Source: Promethearchaeota archaeon (GTDB taxonomy: Archaea > Asgardarchaeota > Lokiarchaeia > Sigyniarchaeales > SOKP01). From it: 64,000 bases of DNA. Below the pieces are notes generated by a model that worked only from the letters and a program-made list of their open reading frames with translations, ran no database searches and was not told the DNA's origin. A program made the position numbers and the translations under genes. Location of the stretch: contig JAHPZI010000022.1 of assembly GCA_019058295.1 (NCBI GenBank), forward strand, positions 92,316 through 156,315, in the 5' to 3' direction. Of the stretch, positions 1 to 8,407 are shown piece after piece (position 1 is the first letter of the stretch; each line of letters begins with the position of its first letter).

Positions 1-85
1 CCAAGCGTTCTTTTTCCAGTTTTTCTTTCTCTAAATTATCTTGGTCCGATTTTTCATTTTCATTTATTGGTTTCTTTTCTTCCAT
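1..85 (-). CDS. 5' part of a hypothetical protein (runs off the window start)
   Basis: ATG at 85-83 opens MEEKKPINENEKSDQDNLEKEKLEKERL with no stop before the edge; SD-like TGAG a few nt upstream. Confidence 0.6.
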   Translation of the reverse strand, partial: MEEKKPINENEKSDQDNLEKEKLEKERL

Positions 86-253
86 AATCTCAACTTTAAG
101 GTTTTAATTATAATTTTATTTTATAGCATTTGAAATTACTCTATTATTTTTTCTCGTTTTAATATTAATTTTTTAATTATAATAAATATTAATCTTTTTT
201 TCACAAAATTTATGATGTGTAGATTAAAATAAAAATGAAAGTAAGAAAAACAC

Positions 254-343
254 TTATAAATCTATTCTTGGGATAATATCCTCAATTTCTCTTCTTGAAG
301 GTTTGTACTTAAAGTATCTTCTTGATACACTATCTTCGAGTAT
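254..343 (-). pseudogene. Orphan duplicate of the 3' end of the acyl-CoA dehydrogenase gene
   Basis: Minus strand reads ILEDSVSRRYFKYKPSRREIEDIIPRIDL*, versus VLEDSESRRYFKYKPTKRESEDFIPRIDL* at 1800-1889 (23 of the last 28 aa identical, many synonymous changes). The upstream HGGGSN motif codons are absent. Confidence 0.9.
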
Positions 344-499
344 ATCTTTGATAAACAATTTTTTAAAGCGCTTTATGAAATTAAAAGAACTCAATAACAA
401 TTGCTAAAATATAATGGATGATATAAATTAATTTGATTGAATACAAATTATTGCACTCTTATTAAATATATTTAGAGGATCTAATAAAAATATAGAAAA

Positions 500-1669
500 T
501 TGAGAAAGAATAAAGATATGAAAAAAGACTTATCTAAAAACTTATCATCTAAAGAGTGGAGTCTTCTAAGAGAGAAGACATGGTTAAAAATAAATAAAAT
601 TTTTGAAGAACAAAATTCTAAATATGAAAGGCTGATTGATTTTGATAAAATTAAACAAGATATAATGAATAAATTAATAGTTGATTTTAAAGAATTTAAG
701 GATTTATCAGATAGATATAGAGAATATTTTAATAGTTCAATAATAGCAATTTATCTGTTGAGAACAGGCAAATATCAAAGCCAAAATGAGATTGTTAAGA
801 AATCTAGATTTGCTGGAAGATGGCATATTGAAGCTATAAGAAAGTGTTTGAAGTTTAATCTTAAAGAATCTATTTATTCTAGCTTATTTTTTGACAAAAA
901 ACAAAGATTAAAAGAATGTTCTGAATGTAGAAAAATTTTACCTTTTAAGAAATTCTCTGGGAGAAGTAGGAAATGTAATGATTGTAGAAATGTTAAAAAT
1001 ATGATTAATTATCATCAAAAGAAATTAGCTGTAGCTATTTTTATTACTCTTAAGCAGAATAGAGAAATTTTAATAGATGATTTTTTAGATTTAATTAAAA
1101 TGGAGGAAAAATTTTATTTAGAAATAAAGTGTAAAGAATGTGGTTTAAATGTGAATTATCTTCCCGCGTTGGAATTTCATCATCCTAGTATAAAATCAGA
1201 TATGTGGGATAAGCTAAGGAGTCGTCCTATAGATGCAATAATTAAAACATTAAATAAAGAAGAATCTGTCTTAATCTGCTCTAACTGCCATAAAGTATTG
1301 CATTCTAAATATTTTAATAAGAATAAACGTGAAAAAATATCAGAGTTAAATCGAAACATTACTCGAAATCGTGCTTTAATTCGTCTTAAAATGAAGCGAA
1401 TTATACTGGAAGAATTATATGGAGGTGTTTGTTCTCACTGTAGAGTTGCAGATTTTAAAGTACTACCAGCGATTCAATTTCATCACCCAGATCTTAAGAA
1501 AATTGGATGGCATAGGTTAAGAAATTATAAAGATCTAGATTATATTAAACATAAATTAATATCAGAAAATTGCATAGCTTTATGTGCTAATTGCCATCGT
1601 ATGGAAGAGGCAATACTATTCAACTCTCATAAAGATGAAATTTTATCAAAATATTTATTACATTACTGA
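500..1669 (+). CDS. Tandem (double) HNH endonuclease with an upstream C4 zinc finger
   Basis: CSEC-x15-CNDC finger, then two repeats of CxxC...(E/Q)FHH...CxNCH (CKEC..LEFHH..LICSNCHKVLH and CSHC..IQFHH..ALCANCHRME); very basic protein. Start may be TTG 500 or ATG 518. Confidence 0.8.
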   Translation: MRKNKDMKKDLSKNLSSKEWSLLREKTWLKINKIFEEQNSKYERLIDFDKIKQDIMNKLIVDFKEFKDLSDRYREYFNSSIIAIYLLRTGKYQSQNEIVKKSRFAGRWHIEAIRKCLKFNLKESIYSSLFFDKKQRLKECSECRKILPFKKFSGRSRKCNDCRNVKNMINYHQKKLAVAIFITLKQNREILIDDFLDLIKMEEKFYLEIKCKECGLNVNYLPALEFHHPSIKSDMWDKLRSRPIDAIIKTLNKEESVLICSNCHKVLHSKYFNKNKREKISELNRNITRNRALIRLKMKRIILEELYGGVCSHCRVADFKVLPAIQFHHPDLKKIGWHRLRNYKDLDYIKHKLISENCIALCANCHRMEEAILFNSHKDEILSKYLLHY

Positions 1670-1799
1670 TCAAAGATTTATTTTAGTAAAAATATTAGTG
1701 CATTATTTACTTATAAAGATAATTTAACAAAAATATAGTATTTTACTTTTTAGTTAGTGTCTCAATTATTTGAAATAAAATTAAAAATATAAAAAAAAT

Positions 1800-3165
1800 T
1801 TATAAATCTATTCTAGGTATAAAATCTTCCGATTCCCTTTTTGTAGGTTTGTATTTGAAATATCTTCTTGATTCGCTGTCTTCCAAGACATAATTGCTCC
1901 CCCCTCCATGTTTCTTGACTCAATAGCGATCTGCTATGAGTTATCATGCAATAAGGGTCGAGCAATCCAATTGGATTGGAATATTGCCTAATGAAACCGC
2001 GACCGCCCATTGTCCTGAAACAATGTATTGCGCTTTCGAAACCAAGCTCTGTACTAGATATTTTAAGTCCCATTGCTTGAGCTGCCATTAATTTAGAATT
2101 CGCAAGTTCTGGTCGTCGATCTAACTCTCTTGCATAATTTATCAATGTAGAAACTAATAGATTCATTTCCCTTATGTTTTTAGAGATGGGGAATCTTATA
2201 ACTTGATATTCATGCAAACGCCTCTCAAATTGTCTACGATGAAGTGCATATGTATGAGAATATAAAAGCTTTTTCATAGCATCTCCTAAAGCTTCAGCGC
2301 TAATAACTAATCTTTCTTCTGTTAGCTGGTGGAATGCTATATCTAATCCATTTCCATGAATTATGTTATCTATAGGCTGTTCTACTCTATCGAAGGTTAA
2401 TCTACACACGAAAGCATCAGTCATACCATAGGTTCTTATTCTAGCTGATTTAAAATCCCTCAATTGTTGATTTTCAGTATCAACTATAATAGCTCCTAAT
2501 GGCCCATTGTTTATTCTTCCATATACAATTATATAATCAGCGAACATGCCATTTGTAATAAAGACTTTTTTACCTTTAAGAATTGCTTTATCATCCGTTA
2601 ATTGAATATTTAATTCCATTCTTGATATATCGCTTCCAGCATTAAATTCAGTCATGGCTGATGACGCAGGGGCCCCATCTTTGGCAACAGGAATTAGAAA
2701 TTTTTCTTTTTGTTGCTCAGTTGCTTTATAATTGACTGGATTACAATATAATGTCCCTCCTGCAAGACGTCCCATTTCGACACTATAATTTCCTGCAACA
2801 TATCGTTCGCTCGACTCACTCCATCTCCCCCCACATAATGCATAAGCGATAAGTACATTTCTAGTAATTCTTCCAACTTCAAAATCTTCTTCGTTGAGAA
2901 TTGTGCTATAATACCCGTTATCAGCTAATTTCTTTAAAATTTTAATAATGATTTCTTTTTTTTTCTCTTGAGTAGGTTCCTCAACGAAATAATCGAGTTC
3001 CTCTAATATCTTTAAATCTTTATCAATATCTCTCTCTAAAAAATCGTAAAAATCCGCTAAAAATTCTTTTTCTTGGGGAGTAAGTAAAGGATTTGCTAAT
3101 AAGTCTAATTCAGGTACATATTTTTGGATTCTAATTGGTTCAAAATCTCTTAATCTAGTGTCCAT
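1800..3165 (-). CDS. Acyl-CoA dehydrogenase (LCAD/IVD-type catalytic arrangement), spliced: complement(join(1800..1911,1943..3165)), 444 aa
   Basis: AMTEFNAGSD, GKKVFITNG, LTEERL, RRQF and MGGRGF motifs. After removing 1912-1942 the C-terminus is LDPYCMIHGGGSNYVLEDSESRRYF..., with the D-x8-G-[ST]-N spacing of the family. The stop at 1802-1800 is followed by a T-tract. Confidence 0.88.
1912..1942 (-). other. 31-nt bulge-helix-bulge (BHB)-type mRNA intron
   Basis: RNA: ...UUG CAUG AU|A ACUCAUAGC AGAUC GCUAUUGAGU CAAG AA|A CAUGG...; a 9-bp intron stem (one bulged U), a 4-nt central helix CAUG/CAAG (one A.A mismatch) and two 3-nt bulges. Cutting after the second nt of each bulge restores the reading frame. 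Confidence 0.78.
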
Positions 3166-3368
3166 AATACCTCAATTTTAAATTTTAAATTATAAATATT
3201 TAATTCTAAGTTAAAAAATCAATTTAAGAATAAATAAATTGACATAACTCAATAATAGATATAGAAATTTATAAAATTAATATGAAACAAAACTCAATAT
3301 TATTTATAATCATAAAATGTAATCAATCTTAAATTATATCTATGAAAATGAGTTAAATGTGAAAAAAA

Positions 3369-4790
3369 ATGATAAAATTTAGTGAGAAACAGTTAAAAAT
3401 ACCTAAACTGATGAGACCAGTATATTTAGCTACAGTTGGAATGTCAAAATTTGATCGAGCGTTTCCAGAGACAAGAACAGAAGAATTATGTATTGATGCA
3501 TTAACTGCTGCTAGCGATTTTGTTAACATGACTCCTGCGGAGTTAAAGAGTTACATTCACACGTGTTATTATGGACATTTTGCTGATCATTTTGGTGATC
3601 AATTATTAGGAGAAGCTGTAATCCATGATAGATTAGGTCTTGATCCATTAGGGACTATTGGTGTGAAGACAGGTGGAGCAACAGGAGGATCCGCTATGTG
3701 GGAAGCTGTTAAGGCAGTTGCTTCAGGATATAGTGATTGTGCCCTAGCTCTTGGTTGGGAAAGAATGGATGAGGTTCCAACTGATGAAGGGAATCATCTT
3801 ATATCTTGTGCGGCTGATAAGGATTGGGAAACACCATTGGGGCACATTTACACAGGGTATTATGCTGTAATGGCTCAAAGATATTGGAAAATTTTTGGAA
3901 AGGAAGAGGAATCTTTCAGGAGAACTATGGCAGAAGTCGCTGTTAAAAATCGTGGTTATGCGAGAATGAACCCACATGCTCATGGTCCAATGAAAATAAC
4001 AGTAGATGATGTGATTAACTCTCCGATAGTAGCAGCACCTCTCCGAGTTCTCGATTGTTGTTTAATGAGTGTTGGAGCCGCATGTGGTATTGTATGTGAT
4101 GAAAAAACAGCTTATGAAATTACTGATAATCCTCTTAGAATATATATCGCTGCTGGCAGTCATACATTAAGAGTTGCTGATCGAAGAGATATGCAAATCC
4201 CACTCTTACCTAATGAAAAACCAGGACAATATGATAATTTAGCAAAAGAATTCCCTGGTGCAGACAGATATCCTGGATTTACTGGTTTCTTAGCTGCTCG
4301 AATGGCTGCATGGTATGCTTATCGCATGGCTGGTGTGGCTGATCCCACTGATGATCTTGATGTTGTTGAGCTCCATGATGCATTTACGATAAGTGATATC
4401 CAAACATATGAAGATATCGGTATCCGCCCCTATGGACAGGGAAGAGATTATATAGAGTCTGGTGATGCTTATGTAATTAATCCAAATACCAATAAACCAG
4501 GGGCATTACCAAGCAATCCTTCTGGCGGTTTGATTGGTTGTATGCATGCCGTAGGAGCGACAGGATTAATGCAGATTGCCGAAATTGGATATCATATCTG
4601 GAATCGATGGGATGAAATCCATGAACCACAAGAAAAATGGGATGCTTTTGGACGAGAAAAGCCCTCTGATTGGACGAGCTTACAAGTAAAGGGGGCTAAC
4701 CGTGGTTTAGCAATAAGCCATGCTGGAGTAGGTTCCCATGTAACATGTACAATTTTAATGAATCCGAATAAATTATTAAAGGAGGACTAA
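3369..4790 (+). CDS. Thiolase-fold (SCP-x/Ltp-like) protein lacking the nucleophilic Cys
   Basis: VELHDAF, NPSGGL..MHAVGATG, DCCLMSVGAA; TGGATGG in place of the CASG nucleophile motif. Confidence 0.85.
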   Translation: MIKFSEKQLKIPKLMRPVYLATVGMSKFDRAFPETRTEELCIDALTAASDFVNMTPAELKSYIHTCYYGHFADHFGDQLLGEAVIHDRLGLDPLGTIGVKTGGATGGSAMWEAVKAVASGYSDCALALGWERMDEVPTDEGNHLISCAADKDWETPLGHIYTGYYAVMAQRYWKIFGKEEESFRRTMAEVAVKNRGYARMNPHAHGPMKITVDDVINSPIVAAPLRVLDCCLMSVGAACGIVCDEKTAYEITDNPLRIYIAAGSHTLRVADRRDMQIPLLPNEKPGQYDNLAKEFPGADRYPGFTGFLAARMAAWYAYRMAGVADPTDDLDVVELHDAFTISDIQTYEDIGIRPYGQGRDYIESGDAYVINPNTNKPGALPSNPSGGLIGCMHAVGATGLMQIAEIGYHIWNRWDEIHEPQEKWDAFGREKPSDWTSLQVKGANRGLAISHAGVGSHVTCTILMNPNKLLKED

Positions 4791-4794
4791 AAAA

Positions 4795-5397
4795 ATGCCA
4801 AAAACAGATGATGAAAAAGGATATGTGGATGTCGTTAATGGTAGATACAAACCAAGAGGGAAATTCCATATTATTGAAAAAAATCAACCGATCGTTAATA
4901 AGGATACTGGAAAATTAGCTGGTGTAACTAACCCAAGAGATATGACCTATATTCATTCTTATGGTGGTGAGGCAATATTCTTCGAATCTCTCGGTAAGGG
5001 AAAGCTTATGGCATCTAGATGTGATAATGAAAAATGTGATTCTAAAGGATGTATTTTCGAACCATTTCGAATCTATTGTCCTGATTGTCTTAGAAAAGCT
5101 ACACCAGTAGATATTACTGAAAAAGCTCGAAAAACTGCTAAAATCCATTCATTCATTATTACAGAGAGGTCAGGTGCCTTTAATACACTTCCAAAACCAA
5201 TTAAATTTGTGAATGTTGAATTTGATGAGGAAGTTGTAACGATCTTGATGAGCGTTCTTTCGGTTGGAGAACCTGAAATTGGAGAACATATTATTCCAAT
5301 TTTTAGAACTAAAAGCCCAACATATACAATAATGGATTTAATGTTTGTAACTGAAGGAACTAAAGAATCAGATCTACCAGATGGTTTTACATTCTAA
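4795..5397 (+). CDS. DUF35 Zn-ribbon/OB-fold protein
   Basis: SRC..KC...FRIYCPDC Zn ribbon plus OB fold; starts 5 nt after the thiolase-fold gene. Confidence 0.85.
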   Translation: MPKTDDEKGYVDVVNGRYKPRGKFHIIEKNQPIVNKDTGKLAGVTNPRDMTYIHSYGGEAIFFESLGKGKLMASRCDNEKCDSKGCIFEPFRIYCPDCLRKATPVDITEKARKTAKIHSFIITERSGAFNTLPKPIKFVNVEFDEEVVTILMSVLSVGEPEIGEHIIPIFRTKSPTYTIMDLMFVTEGTKESDLPDGFTF

Positions 5398-5491
5398 ATA
5401 ATTTAAAAAACTTTTCTTTTTTTAATCTTTTTTTATAAGATTTATTACCAAGAAAAAGAAATATAAAAAAAAATAATATTATTATTATTAT

Positions 5492-6010
5492 TTAATCGAC
5501 GCTTCCTTCTTTTTTGTTCAGTTCGATTGCTGGGTCTTCTATTGGCTCGTAATGATCGATATCCAAATATAAACCGTTTCTTTCTTTAGCCCATACGACT
5601 TTTAATGGCATTCCAATATAAATCGAATTAAAATCAACATCTTCAGAAATGTTATGGATTAATGCTGTATCCGCACCATCTTGACGAACGGCTATTACTG
5701 GAAAGGGATGTTCTCTATTCTTATCTTCTTCGTCGTAGTTCGCAGAACCAGTTGCTACTGAAGCAGTTTCAGGTAATCGAACCCATTGATCTGGTTTTAC
5801 TAAACATCTCCCGCAAATTAGTCTTGGAGGAAAAGAGACAGTATTACATGATCTACATTTTAATCCAAGAATTATTCCCTTCTTAAGCCCTTTTAAATAC
5901 TCCTTAATCCGTGATAAATTGAATTTGTATTTATAGCTCGTGAGATACCAGCTCCCCTTCATTGTTCTTGTTCTTTTGTAATCCTTCTTGATATATTCTG
6001 GTAATGGCAT
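5492..6010 (-). CDS. DUF35 Zn-ribbon/OB-fold protein
   Basis: GLKCRSC..FPPRLICGRC, DGADT, IGMPLKVVW. Confidence 0.88.
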   Translation of the reverse strand: MPLPEYIKKDYKRTRTMKGSWYLTSYKYKFNLSRIKEYLKGLKKGIILGLKCRSCNTVSFPPRLICGRCLVKPDQWVRLPETASVATGSANYDEEDKNREHPFPVIAVRQDGADTALIHNISEDVDFNSIYIGMPLKVVWAKERNGLYLDIDHYEPIEDPAIELNKKEGSVD

Positions 6011-6024
6011 TTTTTTTTAACACC

Positions 6025-7269
6025 TCACTTAAATTTACGTTGCGGCTCATCCGCCATAACAACGTGGCTTATTAAATTTATTGCGCCCCCCCAACCATGT
6101 CCTAATGCAGTGTGTACAGTCTTAGGAACTTGATTTCCCGCTTTACCCATAATTTGCAGGGCAGATTCAGCAGGTCTTTCCATTGCAGAAGCACCAATTG
6201 CGTTTGTAGAATTCACTCCGCCAGAACAGTTCACTGGCATTTCACCATTAAGAGCAGTCACTCCATTTAGGTAAGCTTCGGGAGCAGAATTTGGTTCAAA
6301 CAAACCAACTCTTTCAACCCACTGCAATTCTTGATTTGGAAAAGGAGAATAAACTTCCGCATAGTCGATTTCTTTGTTTGGAAAAGAGATTCCTGCTTGG
6401 CTATAAGCAAGTTCGGCTGATTTTACGGCTCCTAATTGTTCACATGGATCAGTTTGTCCAGCTCCACCACAATCAACGCCTATGATTGCAGGTTCATTAG
6501 CATAACTACCAACGCCGTTAATATATACAGGTATATCGGCTATTTGTTTTGCTTTTTCTTCGGTTGTAAATAATACAGCACAAGCCCCATCGGATGCAGG
6601 ACATACCATTCCAAATCTTAAAGGATATGAAATATACGGTGTATCTAACACATCTTCAATTGTAATAGTTGGCATCTTTAGATGGGTCCACCAATTTTTT
6701 GCAGCATTTCTTCTATTTTGTACAACAACGCGAGCTAAATCTTCTTCAGTAGCTTTACTTCTTCTCATATAATTCATTGCCTGGTATGATGCAACACCAA
6801 TAGCAGCACCGGCACCCATATTTCTTCTTAATCTGGTGGCTTCATAGCCTAAAGTAGGATAAATAGATAATTCACCTAATGCCACAGAAGCTAATCCAAC
6901 CGTAGTATTCCCGCAGGATTGTTGTTCAAAAGCAACCGCCAAAACTGTATCAAATAATCCCGAAGCTACGGCATAATAAGCTGAGACAAATACGGAACCT
7001 CCAGTAGTTCCACCGGTTGTTACTCTCAAAAGGGGTTTATTTTTAGCAGCCATATGGTCTGTCATCCATAATTCTGGCATATTAGCACCCTCAAAAGCTG
7101 GCATATTACCATTTATTATGTAATCAATATCTTTCCATTCAACAGATTCAGCTTTATTTAAACAATCTTCAACAGCTTCGTTTACCAATTCAGCCATATT
7201 TACATCAGAACGTTTTGATGCATGTTCACAAAAACCGACACTTATTACTGCTGGTTGTACTTTAGCCAT
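6025..7269 (-). CDS. ltp3: Ltp3-like thiolase-fold protein (putative aldol-lyase subunit)
   Basis: FEGANMPELWMTDHM..KPLLRVTTGGTTGGS, CPASDGACA and AEVYSPF resemble actinobacterial Ltp3 as recalled; no nucleophilic Cys. Confidence 0.7.
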   Translation of the reverse strand: MAKVQPAVISVGFCEHASKRSDVNMAELVNEAVEDCLNKAESVEWKDIDYIINGNMPAFEGANMPELWMTDHMAAKNKPLLRVTTGGTTGGSVFVSAYYAVASGLFDTVLAVAFEQQSCGNTTVGLASVALGELSIYPTLGYEATRLRRNMGAGAAIGVASYQAMNYMRRSKATEEDLARVVVQNRRNAAKNWWTHLKMPTITIEDVLDTPYISYPLRFGMVCPASDGACAVLFTTEEKAKQIADIPVYINGVGSYANEPAIIGVDCGGAGQTDPCEQLGAVKSAELAYSQAGISFPNKEIDYAEVYSPFPNQELQWVERVGLFEPNSAPEAYLNGVTALNGEMPVNCSGGVNSTNAIGASAMERPAESALQIMGKAGNQVPKTVHTALGHGWGGAINLISHVVMADEPQRKFK

Positions 7270-7274
7270 TTTTA

Positions 7275-8405
7275 TTATTCACCTCCCTCTAAAACATATA
7301 TAATATTATTTTGAGCACAAAAGCCAACTTGCCCTGAGGCAATTGCTTTATTAGCCCCTGATATTTGATATCCCTCTGCTTCACCTCGAATTTGTTTCAC
7401 AGCCTCTACGATCCTTGTTAAACCATTCACAGAAGGAGTATATCCTGCCATTGTACCTCCAGAAGGATTAAGTTTCCCAGTGTCAATTAAAGATAAGCCT
7501 TTTCCTTTATCGGCTAAACCTGCAGCTTCAGCTAGAATCAAATCTTCACAGGCAGTATGTCCAAAGAGTTCAGCTACATTAATTTCGCTTTTTGGATCAT
7601 TTATTCCGGCTATTTTATAAGCTTTCTCTGCGGCTTTTTCCATTGAAGAACTAGTACTTAAATCTCTATCACCCAAATAATAAGTGTCGTTAAAGTGCCC
7701 TACACCAGTAATCCATACAGGTTTATCTGTTATTTTACGAGCTTGCCTTTCTGGAGCGAGAATTAAGGCTGTCACGCCGTCACATAGAATAGGATACATT
7801 AATTTTCTCAAAGGAGTACTCAATATTTCGGAATTTAACACTTCATCAACAGTTATGTTAGATTTTTGAGCTTCTGGTATTGCTAAAGGATTTTTCGCTG
7901 CATTTTTTAAATTATATACAGCAACTTTAGCTATATCTTCTTCGGAAAGCCCAAAAGCATTTAAATAAGCCCTCATCTGCATTCCACCTGCAGTATATCC
8001 ATTCAAAAGATTTATTGGTCGATCAAATGTAGGATCAGTTTCTAAAATTCTAACAGATTCGTATGGAAAACAAGAAGGCGTACTAATACCATACACCATT
8101 GCTAATTTATGATTTCCTGATAAGATCCTCATTAATCCATACATCACAGCATGAGCCCCATCCATCTCAACTTTACTTTCATCCTTCATGTAGGCACCAC
8201 CAGCTTCCACTTTAAAACAATTTGAAATGGTTTTACCATCATAATAATCATTATTGCATCCAATTACGGTTGATAAATCGTCTCTCTTTAATCCAGCATG
8301 ATCTAATGCCCCTCTCGTTGCCTCAAAAAGCATCTCATAAGGGCTCATCATTATGTCTAATCCAGGTTTAACTTGATAAAAACCTACTATTGCTACTTTA
8401 TCCAT
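7275..8405 (-). CDS. ltp4: Ltp4-like thiolase-fold protein
   Basis: VAIVGF, NDYYDG and ESKVEMDGAHA resemble Ltp4 (ESHVEMD); LNPSGG. Confidence 0.7.
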   Translation of the reverse strand: MDKVAIVGFYQVKPGLDIMMSPYEMLFEATRGALDHAGLKRDDLSTVIGCNNDYYDGKTISNCFKVEAGGAYMKDESKVEMDGAHAVMYGLMRILSGNHKLAMVYGISTPSCFPYESVRILETDPTFDRPINLLNGYTAGGMQMRAYLNAFGLSEEDIAKVAVYNLKNAAKNPLAIPEAQKSNITVDEVLNSEILSTPLRKLMYPILCDGVTALILAPERQARKITDKPVWITGVGHFNDTYYLGDRDLSTSSSMEKAAEKAYKIAGINDPKSEINVAELFGHTACEDLILAEAAGLADKGKGLSLIDTGKLNPSGGTMAGYTPSVNGLTRIVEAVKQIRGEAEGYQISGANKAIASGQVGFCAQNNIIYVLEGGE

Positions 8406-8407
8406 TT

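Larger units (their letters stand above)
254..1942. mobile_element. Putative HNH homing / gene 3'-end-replacement cassette
   Basis: The HNH gene is bracketed by two direct copies of the ACAD 3' end (254-343 and 1800-1889). Copy homology starts just downstream of the 31-nt insert and ends at the stop codon. No transposase, integrase or terminal inverted repeats seen. Confidence 0.55.

Noticed and set aside
1898-1904. Homopolymer sequencing error (C-run) as the cause of the frameshift
   Set aside because: A 1-nt fix would leave about 10 extra residues inside the tightly spaced D-x8-G-S-N motif and would not explain the BHB-shaped hairpin.
1813-1942. ORF-track C-terminus of the ACAD (…THSRSLLSQETWRGEQLCLG…FYT)
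   Set aside because: It has no ACAD motif. The other frame carries GGGSN and is independently conserved at 254-343, so this tail is read-through of the insert.
344-1942. Whole 1.6-kb segment as one large HNH-encoding BHB intron spliced to the orphan exon
   Set aside because: There is no central-helix/bulge half-site next to copy B, the HGGGSN codons are missing there, and the HNH gene is antisense to the ACAD transcript.
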